Assembly: GCA_045806525.1 (NCBI GenBank)
Contig: JBJMJD010000050.1
Coordinates: forward strand, 21,177-85,176
Direction: 5' to 3'
Origin: Gaiellales bacterium
GTDB lineage: Bacteria > Actinomycetota > Thermoleophilia > Gaiellales > JAICJC01
Length of the DNA stretch: 64,000 nt
In this document: piece by piece, positions 37,667 to 48,262 of the stretch
Layout of the letters: each line of letters opens with the position of its first letter
Position numbering within the stretch: position 1 is the first letter of the stretch
The notes under the pieces: model-generated
Databases searched by the model: none
What the model saw: the letters and a program-made list of their open reading frames with translations, nothing else
Told to the model about the DNA's origin: nothing
Position numbers and translations under genes: made by a program

Positions 37667-39682
37667 CTACCCCGGGAGCTGCTCGAAGTCGCCGACCAGG
37701 CGCAGGGTCGAGACGACGTCGGCCAGCAGCTTGAGACGGTTTCCGCGCAGGGCCGGATCCTCGGCCATCACCATCACGTGCTCGAAGTACGCGTTGATCG
37801 GCTCCACCATCAGCGCCGCCGCGTCCAATGCGGACGCGTAGTCGCGCCGCGCGGCCGCGTCGGCGATCTCGATGTCCGCGGCCGTCAGCGCCGCGCACAG
37901 CGCCCGCTCCTCGTCCATCTCGAACATCGACGTGCGCACCTCGGAGGCCGCCTGCTCGGCGGCTTTGGCCGTGATCCGGATACAGCGTCCGTAGGCGTCG
38001 CGGACGGCCGCCAGCCAATCGGCGCCGCGCGCGTCGCGCAGCGCCCGGCAGAGGGCGGCCAGCGGCAGCGGCCCGGTCACGCCGGAGCCGCGCGCGGCGC
38101 GCATCTCATCCACGGTCACACCCTCCTCGGCCATCAGCGGCTCGACCCGGTCGAGCACGAAGTCGACGGCGTCGGGCACCGCCTCGAGCGGCTTTCGGCG
38201 CAGCTCGTGGCCCTGCGACACCAGCATGTGCACGGACTCGGCCATCAGGTCGACCAGCCCCAGCTCGTAGCCGCGCTCGAGCGCGATCGCGACGATGCCG
38301 GCCGCCGCCCGGCGCAGCCCGTAGGGATCACGGCTGCCGGTGGGCTGCGCGCCCAGGGCGAATGCCACCGCCACCGTGTCGGCCTTGTCGGATACCGACA
38401 GCAGCGCGGCGCCCTCGTCCGCGGGCAGCGTCCCGCCGGCCTCGATCGGGAGGTGGTGCTCCGCGATCGCCGCGCACACCTCGGGCGGCTCACCCGCATC
38501 GCGCGCGTACAGCGACCCGGCGTACCCCTGCAGGTCGGAGAACTCGGCCACCAGGCTCGACACCAGGTCGGCCTTGCAGAGCTCCGCCGCCCGCGCCACC
38601 GCCTCGCGCAGTGGCGGCTCGACCTCGACCCGGTCGCACAGCTGCCGCGATATCTCGCGTACCCGCTCCGCCTTGTCGGCCAGCGACCCCGCCCCCTCCA
38701 GGAAGCTGACGCGGGGCAGCTCGGCCAGCATCGCGGCGATGCCGCGGGCCTGGTCCTGGTCGTGCGCGAAGACGGCATCCTCCAGCCGCCCCACCAGCAC
38801 CTCCTCGTTCCCGGCCGCGACCACCGCCGGGTCGCCGCCGTTCGCGACGAACGTGAAGCGCGCATCGAGGCGTCCCTCGCGCACGATCGGGAAGTAGCGC
38901 TGGTGTGACTGCATCGCCGTGATCGGGACGCGCTCGGGCAGCTCCAGGTACCGCTCGTTGAACCGGCCCTCGAGCACCACGGGCCACTCCACCAGGTGGA
39001 CGACCTCGTCCAGCTTGCCCATCGGATCGATCCACTCTCCGGCCGTGTTCAGCCCCTCCACGATCAGCTCCCGGCGCTCGGCCGCGTCGGCCAGCACGTG
39101 CACGCCGCGCAGGTCGTCCAGGTAGCTCGCCGCGGATCCCACCCGGACCGCGCCCAGCGACCGGTGGCCGCGGGACTCCGTGCCGCTGGCCAGCCCCGCC
39201 AGCTCCATCTCGACCACCTCGTCGTCGAGCTTGACCACCAGCCACCGGATCGGCCGCGAGAACCGGCCGCCCGGCCAGCGCATCGTCTTTGCGAACTGCA
39301 GCCCGGCCACCACGCGGTGCACGGCGTCCGGCACCAGCTCGGCGGCCGATGCCGCACGGCCGTCGCTGATGGCCCACACGAAGCCATCGCGCTGCTCCAG
39401 CTCGTCCACCGCCAGCCCGTGCTTTCGCGCGAACCCGGCTCTGGCCGCCTCGGGCGCGTCGGCACGCGGACCTCGCTGCTGCGTCGCGACGGCATCTCGC
39501 TGCGGCGGCACGCTCGCGATCGCGACCAGCCGCCGCGGGCCGACGTGGACGCGGGTGTCGCGTGAGTCCAGGCCGGCTTCAGAGAGCGAGCGGACGAGCA
39601 GCTCGGGGAGCTGGCGCTCGGCCTCGCGACAGGCGGCGGCGGGCAGCTCCTCGCAGCCGATCTCGATCAGCAGGTCAGGCAA
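37667..39682 (-). CDS. glyS: glycine--tRNA ligase beta subunit
   Basis: 671 aa. [15 protein letters not shown] is the N-terminus typical of GlyS. Overlaps glyQ by 8 nt. Confidence 0.95.
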   Translation of the reverse strand: MPDLLIEIGCEELPAAACREAERQLPELLVRSLSEAGLDSRDTRVHVGPRRLVAIASVPPQRDAVATQQRGPRADAPEAARAGFARKHGLAVDELEQRDGFVWAISDGRAASAAELVPDAVHRVVAGLQFAKTMRWPGGRFSRPIRWLVVKLDDEVVEMELAGLASGTESRGHRSLGAVRVGSAASYLDDLRGVHVLADAAERRELIVEGLNTAGEWIDPMGKLDEVVHLVEWPVVLEGRFNERYLELPERVPITAMQSHQRYFPIVREGRLDARFTFVANGGDPAVVAAGNEEVLVGRLEDAVFAHDQDQARGIAAMLAELPRVSFLEGAGSLADKAERVREISRQLCDRVEVEPPLREAVARAAELCKADLVSSLVAEFSDLQGYAGSLYARDAGEPPEVCAAIAEHHLPIEAGGTLPADEGAALLSVSDKADTVAVAFALGAQPTGSRDPYGLRRAAAGIVAIALERGYELGLVDLMAESVHMLVSQGHELRRKPLEAVPDAVDFVLDRVEPLMAEEGVTVDEMRAARGSGVTGPLPLAALCRALRDARGADWLAAVRDAYGRCIRITAKAAEQAASEVRTSMFEMDEERALCAALTAADIEIADAAARRDYASALDAAALMVEPINAYFEHVMVMAEDPALRGNRLKLLADVVSTLRLVGDFEQLPG

Positions 39683-40532
39683 CCTCGCCCTCCTGCATGG
39701 CCAGGTACGCGCGCGCCACGGCCTGCGTCAGGTGCCGCATGCGCAGGATGTATGCCTGACGGTCGGTGACGGCGATCGCCCGCCGCGAATCGAGCAGGTT
39801 GAAGGCGTGCGAGCACTTCAGCACCTGGTCGTAGGCGGGCAGCGGCAGGTTCGCCTCCAGGCACCGGCGGGCCTCGGCCTCGTGGTCGTCGAAGTGCCGC
39901 GCAAGCATCCCGGTGTCGGCCAGCTCGTAGTTGTAGGCCGAGAACTGGCGCTCGTTCTCGAGGTAGACGTCGGCCCACGACACGCCCGGGGCCCACTCCA
40001 TGTCCTGGGCCCGCCGCACCTTCTGCAGGTGCATGCCGATCCGGTCGAGGCCGTAGGTCATCTCCACCGACACCGGCTCCAGCTCGATCCCTCCCGCTTG
40101 CTGGAAGTAGGTGAACTGGCTGATCTCCATGCCGTCCATCCACACCTCCCAGCCCAGCCCCCACGCGCCCAGGCTGGGGCTCTCCCAGTTGTCCTCGACG
40201 AAGCGGATGTCGTGTTCCAGCGGGTCGATGCCGATCGCGGCCAGCGAGCGCAGGTAGACGTCCTGACTGTCGTCGGGCGCCGGCTTCAGGATCACCTGGT
40301 ACTGGTAGTGCTGCTGGAAGCGGTAGGGGTTCTCGCCGTAGCGGCCGTCATCCGGGCGGATCGAGGGCTCGACGTAGGCCGTGCGCCACGGCCGCGGGCC
40401 GAGCACGCGGAGCAGCGTCGCGGGGTTGGACGTGCCGGCCCCCACCTCCGTGTGGTACGGCTGCATGATCGCGCACCCCTCGGCCTCCCAGAAGGCCTGC
40501 AGCTGCGCGATCGTCTGCTGGAAGGTCGCCAT
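39675..40532 (-). CDS. glyQ: glycine--tRNA ligase alpha subunit
   Basis: 285 aa. [17 protein letters not shown]..., highly conserved GlyQ sequence. Confidence 0.95.
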   Translation of the reverse strand: MATFQQTIAQLQAFWEAEGCAIMQPYHTEVGAGTSNPATLLRVLGPRPWRTAYVEPSIRPDDGRYGENPYRFQQHYQYQVILKPAPDDSQDVYLRSLAAIGIDPLEHDIRFVEDNWESPSLGAWGLGWEVWMDGMEISQFTYFQQAGGIELEPVSVEMTYGLDRIGMHLQKVRRAQDMEWAPGVSWADVYLENERQFSAYNYELADTGMLARHFDDHEAEARRCLEANLPLPAYDQVLKCSHAFNLLDSRRAIAVTDRQAYILRMRHLTQAVARAYLAMQEGEVA

Positions 40533-40590
40533 CGAGGGCGCAAGCTATCAGACGCTTGATCCCGGACAGCAACCTGCCGATAACCGCTCC

Positions 40591-41160
40591 ATGCGACGTG
40601 GCGGATACGCGCTTCTCCCCCTCCTGGTGCTGGCGGCGACCGCCTGCGGAGCTCCCAGCGGCAAGGCGCTGGACACGAAGGTCGAGGCCGCCGTGGTGGC
40701 CCAGCAGGGCGGTCGGCAGGTCGTCTCATCGGTCGACTGCAGCGACCAGGCGCCGCCGGCCAACACGGTCGCCGGTGGGCTGGGGACGGTGACCGCCGAC
40801 CACACCTGCACCGTGACGTTCAGCAACGGCACGCCCACGCAGGTGTGGGCGGTAAACGTGCTCGACCTCGGCGCCAGCCACCCCGTGCAGCTGCTCTACC
40901 GGACCGATCACAACGGCGACGGCCAGCCGGCCGTGACCGTCGACGTGGCAAGGCTGTTCTCGGCCGAGATGGCGCTCCTGAACGGCGGGACGGCAGCCAA
41001 GGCGCGCTGCAGGGCGGGCTCGCCCGCAGCACCGGCCGGCTCGACCGCGACGGCGGCACCCGACCACGTCTGCAGTATCCGCATCCCGGGCCACGGCCGC
41101 GAGCGCTGGGCCGTGCGGATCCTGGGCAGCAACGTGCAGCTGCTGTTTCAGCTCGGCTGA
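40591..41160 (+). CDS. putative lipoprotein with two internally duplicated Cys-containing domains
   Basis: Taken from ATG 40591: MRRGGYALLPLLVLAATAC (signal plus lipobox-like). Two similar halves are present: ...DHTCTVTF...WAVNVL...VQLLYR and ...DHVCSIRI...WAVRIL...VQLLFQ. Confidence 0.55.
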   Translation: MRRGGYALLPLLVLAATACGAPSGKALDTKVEAAVVAQQGGRQVVSSVDCSDQAPPANTVAGGLGTVTADHTCTVTFSNGTPTQVWAVNVLDLGASHPVQLLYRTDHNGDGQPAVTVDVARLFSAEMALLNGGTAAKARCRAGSPAAPAGSTATAAPDHVCSIRIPGHGRERWAVRILGSNVQLLFQLG

Positions 41161-41885
41161 AGGGTGCGCAGGCGAAAGCCGCCGTGGTGCGCGTAGGTCT
41201 CCTCGACCACCCGCAGTGCGCCGGCCGCGGCGTCGGGCGACAGCGCGACGGGCGCGAGCGGACGCTCGAGCAGCCCCTCGATGGCAGTGATCGCGCCGGC
41301 CGCCATCCGGAAGCCACCGCTCGCCACCATGCAGCCCGTGCAGACGGCGCCGCCCGCCGCCGCCGAGAATCCGGCCAGCGGGCCGGCCGACCCGCACGAC
41401 GCGCACGAGTCGAGGTGCGGCAGGTAGCCCGAGAGCGCCAGCAGCTTCAGCTGGAACGACAGTCCCAGACCGTCGTGCTGGGGGTCATGGGCGCGCTCGG
41501 GCGGGCCGGAAAGCAGCTCCAGGAACCGGCACAGGCCCTCGTAGGCACGCGCATTCGGCTCGGGCTCGGCGAACAGCTTCAACACCGCCTCCGCCCCGAT
41601 CTGGCCGACCGCCAGCGCGTAGCCGTCGGCCCGCACCTGCTCCTGCGAGCTGATGATGTCGGCCCCAGAGACGGTGTGCAGCTCGCCCCGGCCCTCGTGC
41701 AGGATCAGCGCCGATCGGGTCAGCGGCTCCAGCCGCGCGCCGAATCGCGAGCCGGTCTTGCGCACGCCCTTGGCGATCGCGTTCACGCGCCCCCGCTCGA
41801 GCGTGTACAGGTGCAGCACGCGGTCGGCCTCCGAGAAGCGGATCGAGCGCAGCACCACGGCGTCGGTCTTGTAGCTGCGGCCCAT
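41148..41885 (-). CDS. recO: DNA repair protein RecO
   Basis: 245 aa. KTDAVVLRSIRFSEADRVLHLYT OB-fold N-terminus and a C-terminal CxxC...CxxC zinc motif. Confidence 0.9.
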   Translation of the reverse strand: MGRSYKTDAVVLRSIRFSEADRVLHLYTLERGRVNAIAKGVRKTGSRFGARLEPLTRSALILHEGRGELHTVSGADIISSQEQVRADGYALAVGQIGAEAVLKLFAEPEPNARAYEGLCRFLELLSGPPERAHDPQHDGLGLSFQLKLLALSGYLPHLDSCASCGSAGPLAGFSAAAGGAVCTGCMVASGGFRMAAGAITAIEGLLERPLAPVALSPDAAAGALRVVEETYAHHGGFRLRTLQPS

Positions 41886-41897
41886 TGCAGCTTCAGT

Positions 41898-42719
41898 CTA
41901 GGCGTCGCGTCGGAGGCGAATCACGAGCGCCACCGTGCCAGCTGCGGCGATCGCGATCAGGATCATGCCGATCCGGCGCCGTGATCCGCCGGGCGAGCCG
42001 GCCCAGTCAGCGCCGAGGACGGCCTCGGCGCTGGGTGGGGCAGGGATCGGTCCGGACGCGACGACCCTGCGGGCGACGATCTTCGGCCCCACCGCACCCT
42101 GCACCTGACAGGTGCGAGCCTCGACGTGCACCTTCTGCCCCCCGCCGATGTACGGCACCCCCTCGCGCGATGACCCGGCGATCCGCGTGTGACCGTCCAG
42201 GAACAGCGTCAGCACGCGGCCGCCGATCAGGCGCAGAGGCTGCGAGCTGCGCGAAACCACGACGGCGAGCCCGTCGAATCCCGCTTCGGCTCTGCCGTCG
42301 ACGGTGACCGCGTTTCCCAGCCGGCACCCGACCGTCTCGTCGTCGAATCCACTGCCGGCCGGACCGATCGGGAACCCCGGCTGCCTGGGGAGGTACCCGG
42401 ATGCGACCATCGGCCCGCCGAACGCCCAGATTGCCACGTCGGTCGGTACGCCGTTGATCGCCGATGCCCGCACGGGCGTGGGTGCGGCGGCCGGGCCGCC
42501 GGTATCGGCGCAGTCCGGCTCGACAGCTCCCGACAGCTGCCTCCCGGTGTGGACATCCGGCAGCTCCGCGGCATTCCAGCCCTCACCTGCGTAGGCCGTG
42601 TCATGCCAGACCACGATCGGGATGCACGAGGCACCCGCCCGGTCGGGCGCCTGAACCATGCCGAACAGTGCCGCCACCGCGGCGACCGTGATTCCGGCCA
42701 TCCACTCGTGAAGCTTCAC
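41898..42719 (-). CDS. hypothetical secreted/membrane-anchored protein
   Basis: 273 aa. N-terminal signal-like segment and C-terminal transmembrane anchor (IGMILIAIAAAGTVALVIRLRR). Start is GTG 42719 or ATG 42701. No family recognised. Confidence 0.55.
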   Translation of the reverse strand: MKLHEWMAGITVAAVAALFGMVQAPDRAGASCIPIVVWHDTAYAGEGWNAAELPDVHTGRQLSGAVEPDCADTGGPAAAPTPVRASAINGVPTDVAIWAFGGPMVASGYLPRQPGFPIGPAGSGFDDETVGCRLGNAVTVDGRAEAGFDGLAVVVSRSSQPLRLIGGRVLTLFLDGHTRIAGSSREGVPYIGGGQKVHVEARTCQVQGAVGPKIVARRVVASGPIPAPPSAEAVLGADWAGSPGGSRRRIGMILIAIAAAGTVALVIRLRRDA

Positions 42720-42758
42720 GGCCGTAGGACGCTCGCGGTGCGCCGGAAGTTCCCCGCC

Positions 42759-43220
42759 CTACACGTCACGCACGTCGGCGTCCGGCATCGCCGCCAGCAG
42801 GTCGTCCAGCCGCACCTCGAACACTGCGTTGGACGTTCCCGCGGCGCACCAGACCGTCTCGAACCGCCCCAGCGAGCTGTCGACCACCGTGTGCAGCGGC
42901 CGGTCGTGCCCGAGCGGCGGGATGCCGCCGATGGCGTAGCCGGTCTGCTCCTTGACGTCGCGGCCGCGGGCCATCGTGACGCCCTCGCCCACCCGTTCCA
43001 GGTCGATCCTCCGGTCGCCCGCACACAGGCACAGCAGCAGGTCGCCGCTCGCGTCCTGCAGCACCACCGACTTCACGATCTGGCCCAGCTCGCAGCCGAC
43101 CGCGCCGGCCGCCTCCACCGCCGTGCGCGTCGACTCCGACAGCTCCTGCGCGCGCACGTCCAGCCCAGCCGCCTGCGCGCGCTCCTGGAACCTCAGGGCC
43201 GTGGGGTGCATCTCGGACAT
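42759..43220 (-). CDS. YbaK/EbsC-family aminoacyl-tRNA editing domain protein
   Basis: Taken from ATG 43220: ...GQIVKSVVL..., GYAIGGIPPLGH and VWCAAGT motifs of YbaK/ProX-type deacylases. Overlaps the mutM 3' end by 28 nt. Confidence 0.8.
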   Translation of the reverse strand: MSEMHPTALRFQERAQAAGLDVRAQELSESTRTAVEAAGAVGCELGQIVKSVVLQDASGDLLLCLCAGDRRIDLERVGEGVTMARGRDVKEQTGYAIGGIPPLGHDRPLHTVVDSSLGRFETVWCAAGTSNAVFEVRLDDLLAAMPDADVRDV

Positions 43221-44017
43221 AGGTAGGTGCCGCGCTGGGCAACGCGGGTCTTGACGATAACGGATCCGCAGCGCGGGCACGGCTCGCCGGCACGGTCGAA
43301 CACGTGGAAGCGCTCCTGCATCGAGCCGGGCGTCCCATCAACCGACCGGTAGGTGTCGATGCTGGCACCCTGCGCGTCGATCCCGCGCTCGAGCACGGCG
43401 ATCACGGCGTCGTGCACGCGGGCCGCCCGCATGGCGCCGAGCCTGCCGCCGGCGGTCAACGGGTGCACCCGCGCCTCCCACAGCGCCTCGTCCGCGTAGA
43501 TGTTGCCGACTCCAGCAACGACTCGCTGGTCGAGCAGCAAGGCCTTTACCGGCGCCGTGCGTCCGCGCAGCGCTGCGCGCAGCTGAGGAGCCGTCCAATC
43601 GCCGTCCAGCGGTTCCGGACCCACTCGGCCGCGCCAGTAGTCCTCGAGCCCGCCGGGCTCGATCAGGCGCATCGTACCGAACCGCCGCTGGTCGCTGTAG
43701 AGCAGCCAGCTGCCGTCGTCCAGCTCGAACACCGCTCGCAGATGCGGGCGCTCGCTGAGCTCGGCGACGTGATGGAACCATCCGGTCATGCGCAGGTGGC
43801 AGACCAGCGTGCGTCCGTCATCGAGGCCGATGGCAAGGTACTTGCCGCGCCGCCCGACGCCGGTCACCACCGCGCCCAGCAGCTCGTGCGCGACCGCCGT
43901 CGGATCGGCCGGCGCCGTCAGGCGTCCGTCGCGGATGTCGACACCGACCAGCTCGCGCCCGACCAGCACCTCGACCAGCCCTCGCCGCACCGTCTCCACC
44001 TCGGGCAGCTCAGGCAT
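43193..44017 (-). CDS. mutM: formamidopyrimidine-DNA glycosylase
   Basis: MPELPEVETVRRGL catalytic N-terminus (Pro2, Glu3) and a C-terminal CPRCG...CPRC zinc finger. Trimmed to ATG 44017. Confidence 0.9.
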   Translation of the reverse strand: MPELPEVETVRRGLVEVLVGRELVGVDIRDGRLTAPADPTAVAHELLGAVVTGVGRRGKYLAIGLDDGRTLVCHLRMTGWFHHVAELSERPHLRAVFELDDGSWLLYSDQRRFGTMRLIEPGGLEDYWRGRVGPEPLDGDWTAPQLRAALRGRTAPVKALLLDQRVVAGVGNIYADEALWEARVHPLTAGGRLGAMRAARVHDAVIAVLERGIDAQGASIDTYRSVDGTPGSMQERFHVFDRAGEPCPRCGSVIVKTRVAQRGTYLCPRCTPRP

Positions 44018-45245
44018 CGACGTACCCGAGCAGCAGTGGCTCGCGGTCGGCCGGTGCGTCGCCGATCTCGAAGCATGCGGCCACCGCGTCCAGGTCGGCC
44101 TCGCCCCGGGCGTGCACCGTCGCCAGAGGATCGCCGGCCGCGACGCGGTCGCCGCGCTTGCGGCGCACGAGCACACCGACGGCGTGGTCGACCTCGCCCT
44201 CCTTCGTACCGCGTCCGGCCCCCAGACGCATCACCTGCTCGCCGATGCTGCGGGCGTGACAGCGCTGGACGACACCGGAGCGTGGCGCGGGCACGTCGAC
44301 CACGAGCGGCGCCCGCGGCAGCGGCGCTTCGGGGTCGCCACCCTGCGCGGCCACCCAGCGCTGGTATCGCTCGTACGCCGCACCCGAGTCAAGCGCACGC
44401 CTGACCACCGCCTCGTCGCCCGCCAGCACCGTCGCCTGGTGCACGCAGAGCTCCGTGATGTCGGCCGGCCCCTGGCCGCGTAGCGTGTCCACCGCCTCGG
44501 CCACCTCCAGCGCGTCGCCGACGGCGGCGCCCAGCGGCTCGGACATGTTCGAGAGCAGCGCGCGCGCGTCCATGTCGTGGTCGCGGGCCAGCCGCACCAT
44601 CAGACCGGCCAGCCGCCGCGCCGCGTCTGCATCCGGCAGCAACGCGCCCTCTCCCACCTTGACGTCGAGCAGGAGCCGCGACGCGCCGGCCGCGACCTTC
44701 TTCGACATGATGCTGGCAGCGATCAGCGGCAGGCTGTAGACGGTGCCGGTTGCGTCGCGCAGCGCATACAGACGACCGTCGGCCGGGGCCAGCTCCGGGG
44801 TCTGACCGCACACCGCCACGCCCACCTGCTCGACCTGCCGTCGCATCCCCGCCAGGGACAGCGACACGCGCATGCCCGGGATCGCCTCGAGCTTGTCGAG
44901 CGTCCCGCCCGTGTGCCCCAGCCCGCGCCCGCTCATCTTGGCGATCAGCACGCCGCAGGCTGCCAGCAGCGGCGCCAGCACGAGCGTCGTCGAGTCGCCG
45001 ACCCCACCCGTCGAGTGCTTGTCGGCCACCGGCCACGGCCACGACACGCGCTGCCCGGACGCCACCATGGCCTCCAGCAGCCCGCGCGTCTCGTCCTCGC
45101 TCATGCCGCGCAGCACCACCGCCATCAGGAAGGCGGACAGCTGGTAGTCGGCTACGTCGGGCGCGACCATGGCGGCGATCTCGGCGGCCGACAGCTCTCC
45201 GCCGTCGCGCTTGCGCGCGATCAGGTCGGTGATGCGCGCGGCCAC
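44010..45245 (-). CDS. deoA: thymidine/pyrimidine-nucleoside phosphorylase
   Basis: 411 aa. DKHSTGGVGD and SGRGLGHTGGTLDKLE motifs. Confidence 0.9.
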   Translation of the reverse strand: MAARITDLIARKRDGGELSAAEIAAMVAPDVADYQLSAFLMAVVLRGMSEDETRGLLEAMVASGQRVSWPWPVADKHSTGGVGDSTTLVLAPLLAACGVLIAKMSGRGLGHTGGTLDKLEAIPGMRVSLSLAGMRRQVEQVGVAVCGQTPELAPADGRLYALRDATGTVYSLPLIAASIMSKKVAAGASRLLLDVKVGEGALLPDADAARRLAGLMVRLARDHDMDARALLSNMSEPLGAAVGDALEVAEAVDTLRGQGPADITELCVHQATVLAGDEAVVRRALDSGAAYERYQRWVAAQGGDPEAPLPRAPLVVDVPAPRSGVVQRCHARSIGEQVMRLGAGRGTKEGEVDHAVGVLVRRKRGDRVAAGDPLATVHARGEADLDAVAACFEIGDAPADREPLLLGYVDA

Positions 45246-46418
45246 TCAGATCACCGGGGTGCCCGGCAGGCCGAGATCGTGGCTGCCCGTGAGATGCCGC
45301 TGCACGGTGGCTCCGATGTCGGCGAAGGTGTCGCCGTCGTGCCGCCGGCCGGTGGCGGGCCTGCCCACGATGTGGGCCAGCAGCAGCCCGTACTCGCGCG
45401 AGTGGTCGGTGGAGTCGGTGGTGGGGTCGCAGCCGTGATCCGAGGTCAGCATCAGCAGGTCTCCGTGCCGCAGCGCAGCCATCAGCCGCGGCAGCTCAAC
45501 GTCGAACTCGCGGAGGCAGTCGGCGAACCCGGCGGGATCGTTGCGGTGGCCCCAGATCATGTCCGTCTCGACCAGGTTGGTGAACACGAGGTCGCCGTCC
45601 TTGGAATCGCGTAGCCGGGCGATCGTGCGGGCGATGCCCTGCCCGTTCGACTCGGTCGGGCTCGAGGTGTCCACATCCTGCCCCGCGAAGATGTCGGAGA
45701 TCTTGCCGACCCCATGCACGGTCACGCCCGCCGCACGCATGCGCTGCAGGTGGTTCGGCCTCGGCGGCAGCAGCGAGAAATCGTGACGGCGGGGCGTGCG
45801 CACGAACGAGCCCGGCTCGCCCACGAACGGCCGCGCGATCACCCGTCCCACGGCCAGATGCCCGGTCAGCATGTCGCGGGCGGTGCGGCAGGCGGCGTAC
45901 AGCTCCTCCAGCGGCACGGTCTGCTCGTGCGCCGCCACCTGGAACACGCTGTCGGCGGACGTGTACACGATCCAGGCGCCGGTACGCTGGTGCTGCTCCC
46001 CCAGCCGCTCGATGATCTCGGTGCCGGAGGCGGCCACGTTCCCGATCACGCCACGGCCTGTGGCCTCGCTGAAGCGGTCGAGCAGCTCCTGCGGAAAGCC
46101 ACCGGGGAAGGTTGGCAACGGGTGCTCGGTGATGATCCCCATCATCTCCCAGTGCCCCGTCGTGGTGTCCATCCCGAGGCTGCGCTCGGTCAGCCGGCCC
46201 CAGACCGCCGGTGCATCCGCGCGGGGCGGGCACCCGGCCAGCGGCAGCACGTTGCCCAGCCCCAGCTGCTGCAGCGCCGGCAGCTCGAGGCCGCCGACCG
46301 CCTCAGCCACGTGCCCGAGCGTGTTCGACCCGGCCGTGCCGAACCGGTCGGCGTCGGGCAGGTCGCCGGCGCCGACGGCGTCCAGCACGATCACGCAGGC
46401 TCGGGCCATCCCGGGCAA
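45246..46418 (-). CDS. deoB: phosphopentomutase
   Basis: 390 aa. VIVLDAVGAG N-terminus and SDHGCDPT metal site. The start may be ATG 46409. Confidence 0.9.
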   Translation of the reverse strand: MPGMARACVIVLDAVGAGDLPDADRFGTAGSNTLGHVAEAVGGLELPALQQLGLGNVLPLAGCPPRADAPAVWGRLTERSLGMDTTTGHWEMMGIITEHPLPTFPGGFPQELLDRFSEATGRGVIGNVAASGTEIIERLGEQHQRTGAWIVYTSADSVFQVAAHEQTVPLEELYAACRTARDMLTGHLAVGRVIARPFVGEPGSFVRTPRRHDFSLLPPRPNHLQRMRAAGVTVHGVGKISDIFAGQDVDTSSPTESNGQGIARTIARLRDSKDGDLVFTNLVETDMIWGHRNDPAGFADCLREFDVELPRLMAALRHGDLLMLTSDHGCDPTTDSTDHSREYGLLLAHIVGRPATGRRHDGDTFADIGATVQRHLTGSHDLGLPGTPVI

Positions 46419-46460
46419 TCTAGATGACCGATCGATCTCTATCGTGAGCGTGGGCTCGCG

Positions 46461-47291
46461 TCAGCCCGATGCGAGCGACCGCCGCATCTCCCACTGCCAG
46501 TGTCCCTCGGTCTCGGCCGCCAGCGAGCGCAGCAGCGCCCCCATCTCCCACCACTCCTCGGGTACCAGCGCGGGAACGCCGACCCATGCGGCCGGCAGCA
46601 GCGAGACGGCGCGGGTCGCCAACCCCTTTCGCCGACGCTCGGGGTCGACCGCCATCGCATACAGCCAGAAGTGGTCGCCGCGCCGCTTGCCGAGCACCAC
46701 GGCGTGTCCGTCCAGATGCTGTGCCGGGATGTGCGCCAGCGACTCGGTCTCCAGCTGCCACGGGGGGTCGCGCCAGCCCCACCGCGACAGCCTGTCGAGC
46801 GCGGTATCGGTGTCGCACTCCGACAGCCCTGCCGACAGGCGTGAGCGAAGACGGCGACCGGGGCGCGCCAGCCGGTAGCCGAGCAGCCGGCGGCGCTGCT
46901 CGAAGCCGCTGCGCCGGTAGAGGCCGACGGCCGCGTCGTTGCCGTTCAGCACCTCCAGCGTGACGGTTCGCGCACCCGCGGCGGCCAGCGCCTCGAGCGT
47001 CTGCTCCAGCACCAGCCGGCCCAATCCCGATCGCCGGAAACCGGGCGCGGTGCCCTCGCCGCGGATGCTGGCGCGGTCGCCGCGCAGCGCGCCGAGGCAG
47101 AAGCTGGCGGGCGTACCGTCGACGAACGCGACCCGCGACAGCGCAGGGTCGACGTCGGTCTCGGTCAGGTAGAAACCGAGCGACGAGGCATCCAGCACGG
47201 CGGGCACCGGATAGTCGGCGAAGGCAGCGTTGTGGAGGTCGGCCAGCCAGGCGACGTCTTGCGCCCGGAGCGTCCTGACCTCGGGGTTCAA
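46461..47291 (-). CDS. GNAT-family N-acetyltransferase
   Basis: 276 aa. The acetyl-CoA motif region FRRSGLGRLVLEQTLEALAAAGARTVTLEV...LYRRSGF is present. TTG start overlaps the xerD stop (TTGA). Confidence 0.7.
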   Translation of the reverse strand: MNPEVRTLRAQDVAWLADLHNAAFADYPVPAVLDASSLGFYLTETDVDPALSRVAFVDGTPASFCLGALRGDRASIRGEGTAPGFRRSGLGRLVLEQTLEALAAAGARTVTLEVLNGNDAAVGLYRRSGFEQRRRLLGYRLARPGRRLRSRLSAGLSECDTDTALDRLSRWGWRDPPWQLETESLAHIPAQHLDGHAVVLGKRRGDHFWLYAMAVDPERRRKGLATRAVSLLPAAWVGVPALVPEEWWEMGALLRSLAAETEGHWQWEMRRSLASG

Positions 47292-48169
47292 GCCCGGGGG
47301 TGCGCCTTCTGGTACGCCTCGCGGACGTGCTCGACGGAGACGTGGGTGTAGACCTGTGTGGTCTCGATCGACGCGTGGCCGAGCATCTCCTGCACGCTTC
47401 GCAGGTCACAGCCGTTCTCGATCAGATGCGTCGCGAAGGAGTGGCGCAACGTGTGCGGCGTGACGATCTTCTCGATGCCGGCCTCGCGGGCGTGCTCGCG
47501 CACCAGCTGAAAGACGGCCTGGCGGGTGATGCCCTGGCCGCGGTGGTTCAGGAACAGGATGTCCCCGCGCTGCATGCGGCCCAGGTAGGGCCGGCCGCGC
47601 TGCATGTAGATGCGGATCGCCTCGATCGCACGGCCGCCCGTCGGCACGACGCGCTGCTTGGCGCCCTTGCCCATGCAGCGCACCAGCCCCTCCTCGAGGT
47701 CGATGTCGGACACCCGTAGGGACACCAGCTCGGACACCCGCAGCCCGGCTCCGTACATCAGCTCCAGCATGGCGCGGTCGCGGAGGCCGCGCGGAGACGC
47801 GTCCGGGCTGGTCACGATCGCCTCCGCCTCATTTGGCGTCAGCGGCTCCGGCAGCCTGCGGCCTAGCCGCGGCAGCGGCACCGAGCGACCGGCATCGGGT
47901 CGGCCGCCCTCGCGGGCCCGGTACTTGAGAAAGGCGCGCACGGCCGCGAGCCGGCGCCGCACCGTTGCCGGTGACAGGCCGCGGTCCTGCAGCGCCAGCG
48001 CGTAGTCGTCCAGCACGCCCACCTCGATCTGGTCAGGGTCGACGTGCTCCACGAAGTCGCCGAGATCGATCAGGTCGCGCTTGTAGGCCTCAATGGTGTG
48101 CGGCGAGGCACCCCGCTCCAGCTGCAGGCTCGTCAGGAACTCCGCAAGTTTGGTGTCGTAGGTGCGCAT
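47288..48169 (-). CDS. xerD: tyrosine site-specific recombinase XerD (XerC/D family)
   Basis: Taken from ATG 48169. HTLRHSFATHL...LGHASIETTQVYTHV catalytic R-H-R-Y region. The XerD assignment rests on the mycobacterial-type synteny (tlyA-nadK-recN-pyrG...xerD). Confidence 0.85.
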   Translation of the reverse strand: MRTYDTKLAEFLTSLQLERGASPHTIEAYKRDLIDLGDFVEHVDPDQIEVGVLDDYALALQDRGLSPATVRRRLAAVRAFLKYRAREGGRPDAGRSVPLPRLGRRLPEPLTPNEAEAIVTSPDASPRGLRDRAMLELMYGAGLRVSELVSLRVSDIDLEEGLVRCMGKGAKQRVVPTGGRAIEAIRIYMQRGRPYLGRMQRGDILFLNHRGQGITRQAVFQLVREHAREAGIEKIVTPHTLRHSFATHLIENGCDLRSVQEMLGHASIETTQVYTHVSVEHVREAYQKAHPRA

Positions 48170-48262
48170 CACGTACGGGGGTTTCGTCGCGGTGGCAACG
48201 ATCCCTCTTCGTGCAGCATACGACTCCGCGCAAGCGGCAACCGGCGCGCCCACCCCGGCAGG

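Noticed and set aside
40533-40590. Possible T-box or other leader upstream of glyQS
   Set aside because: Only 58 nt separate glyQ from the divergent lipoprotein gene. That is far too short for a T-box riboswitch, and no specifier or T-box sequence was seen.
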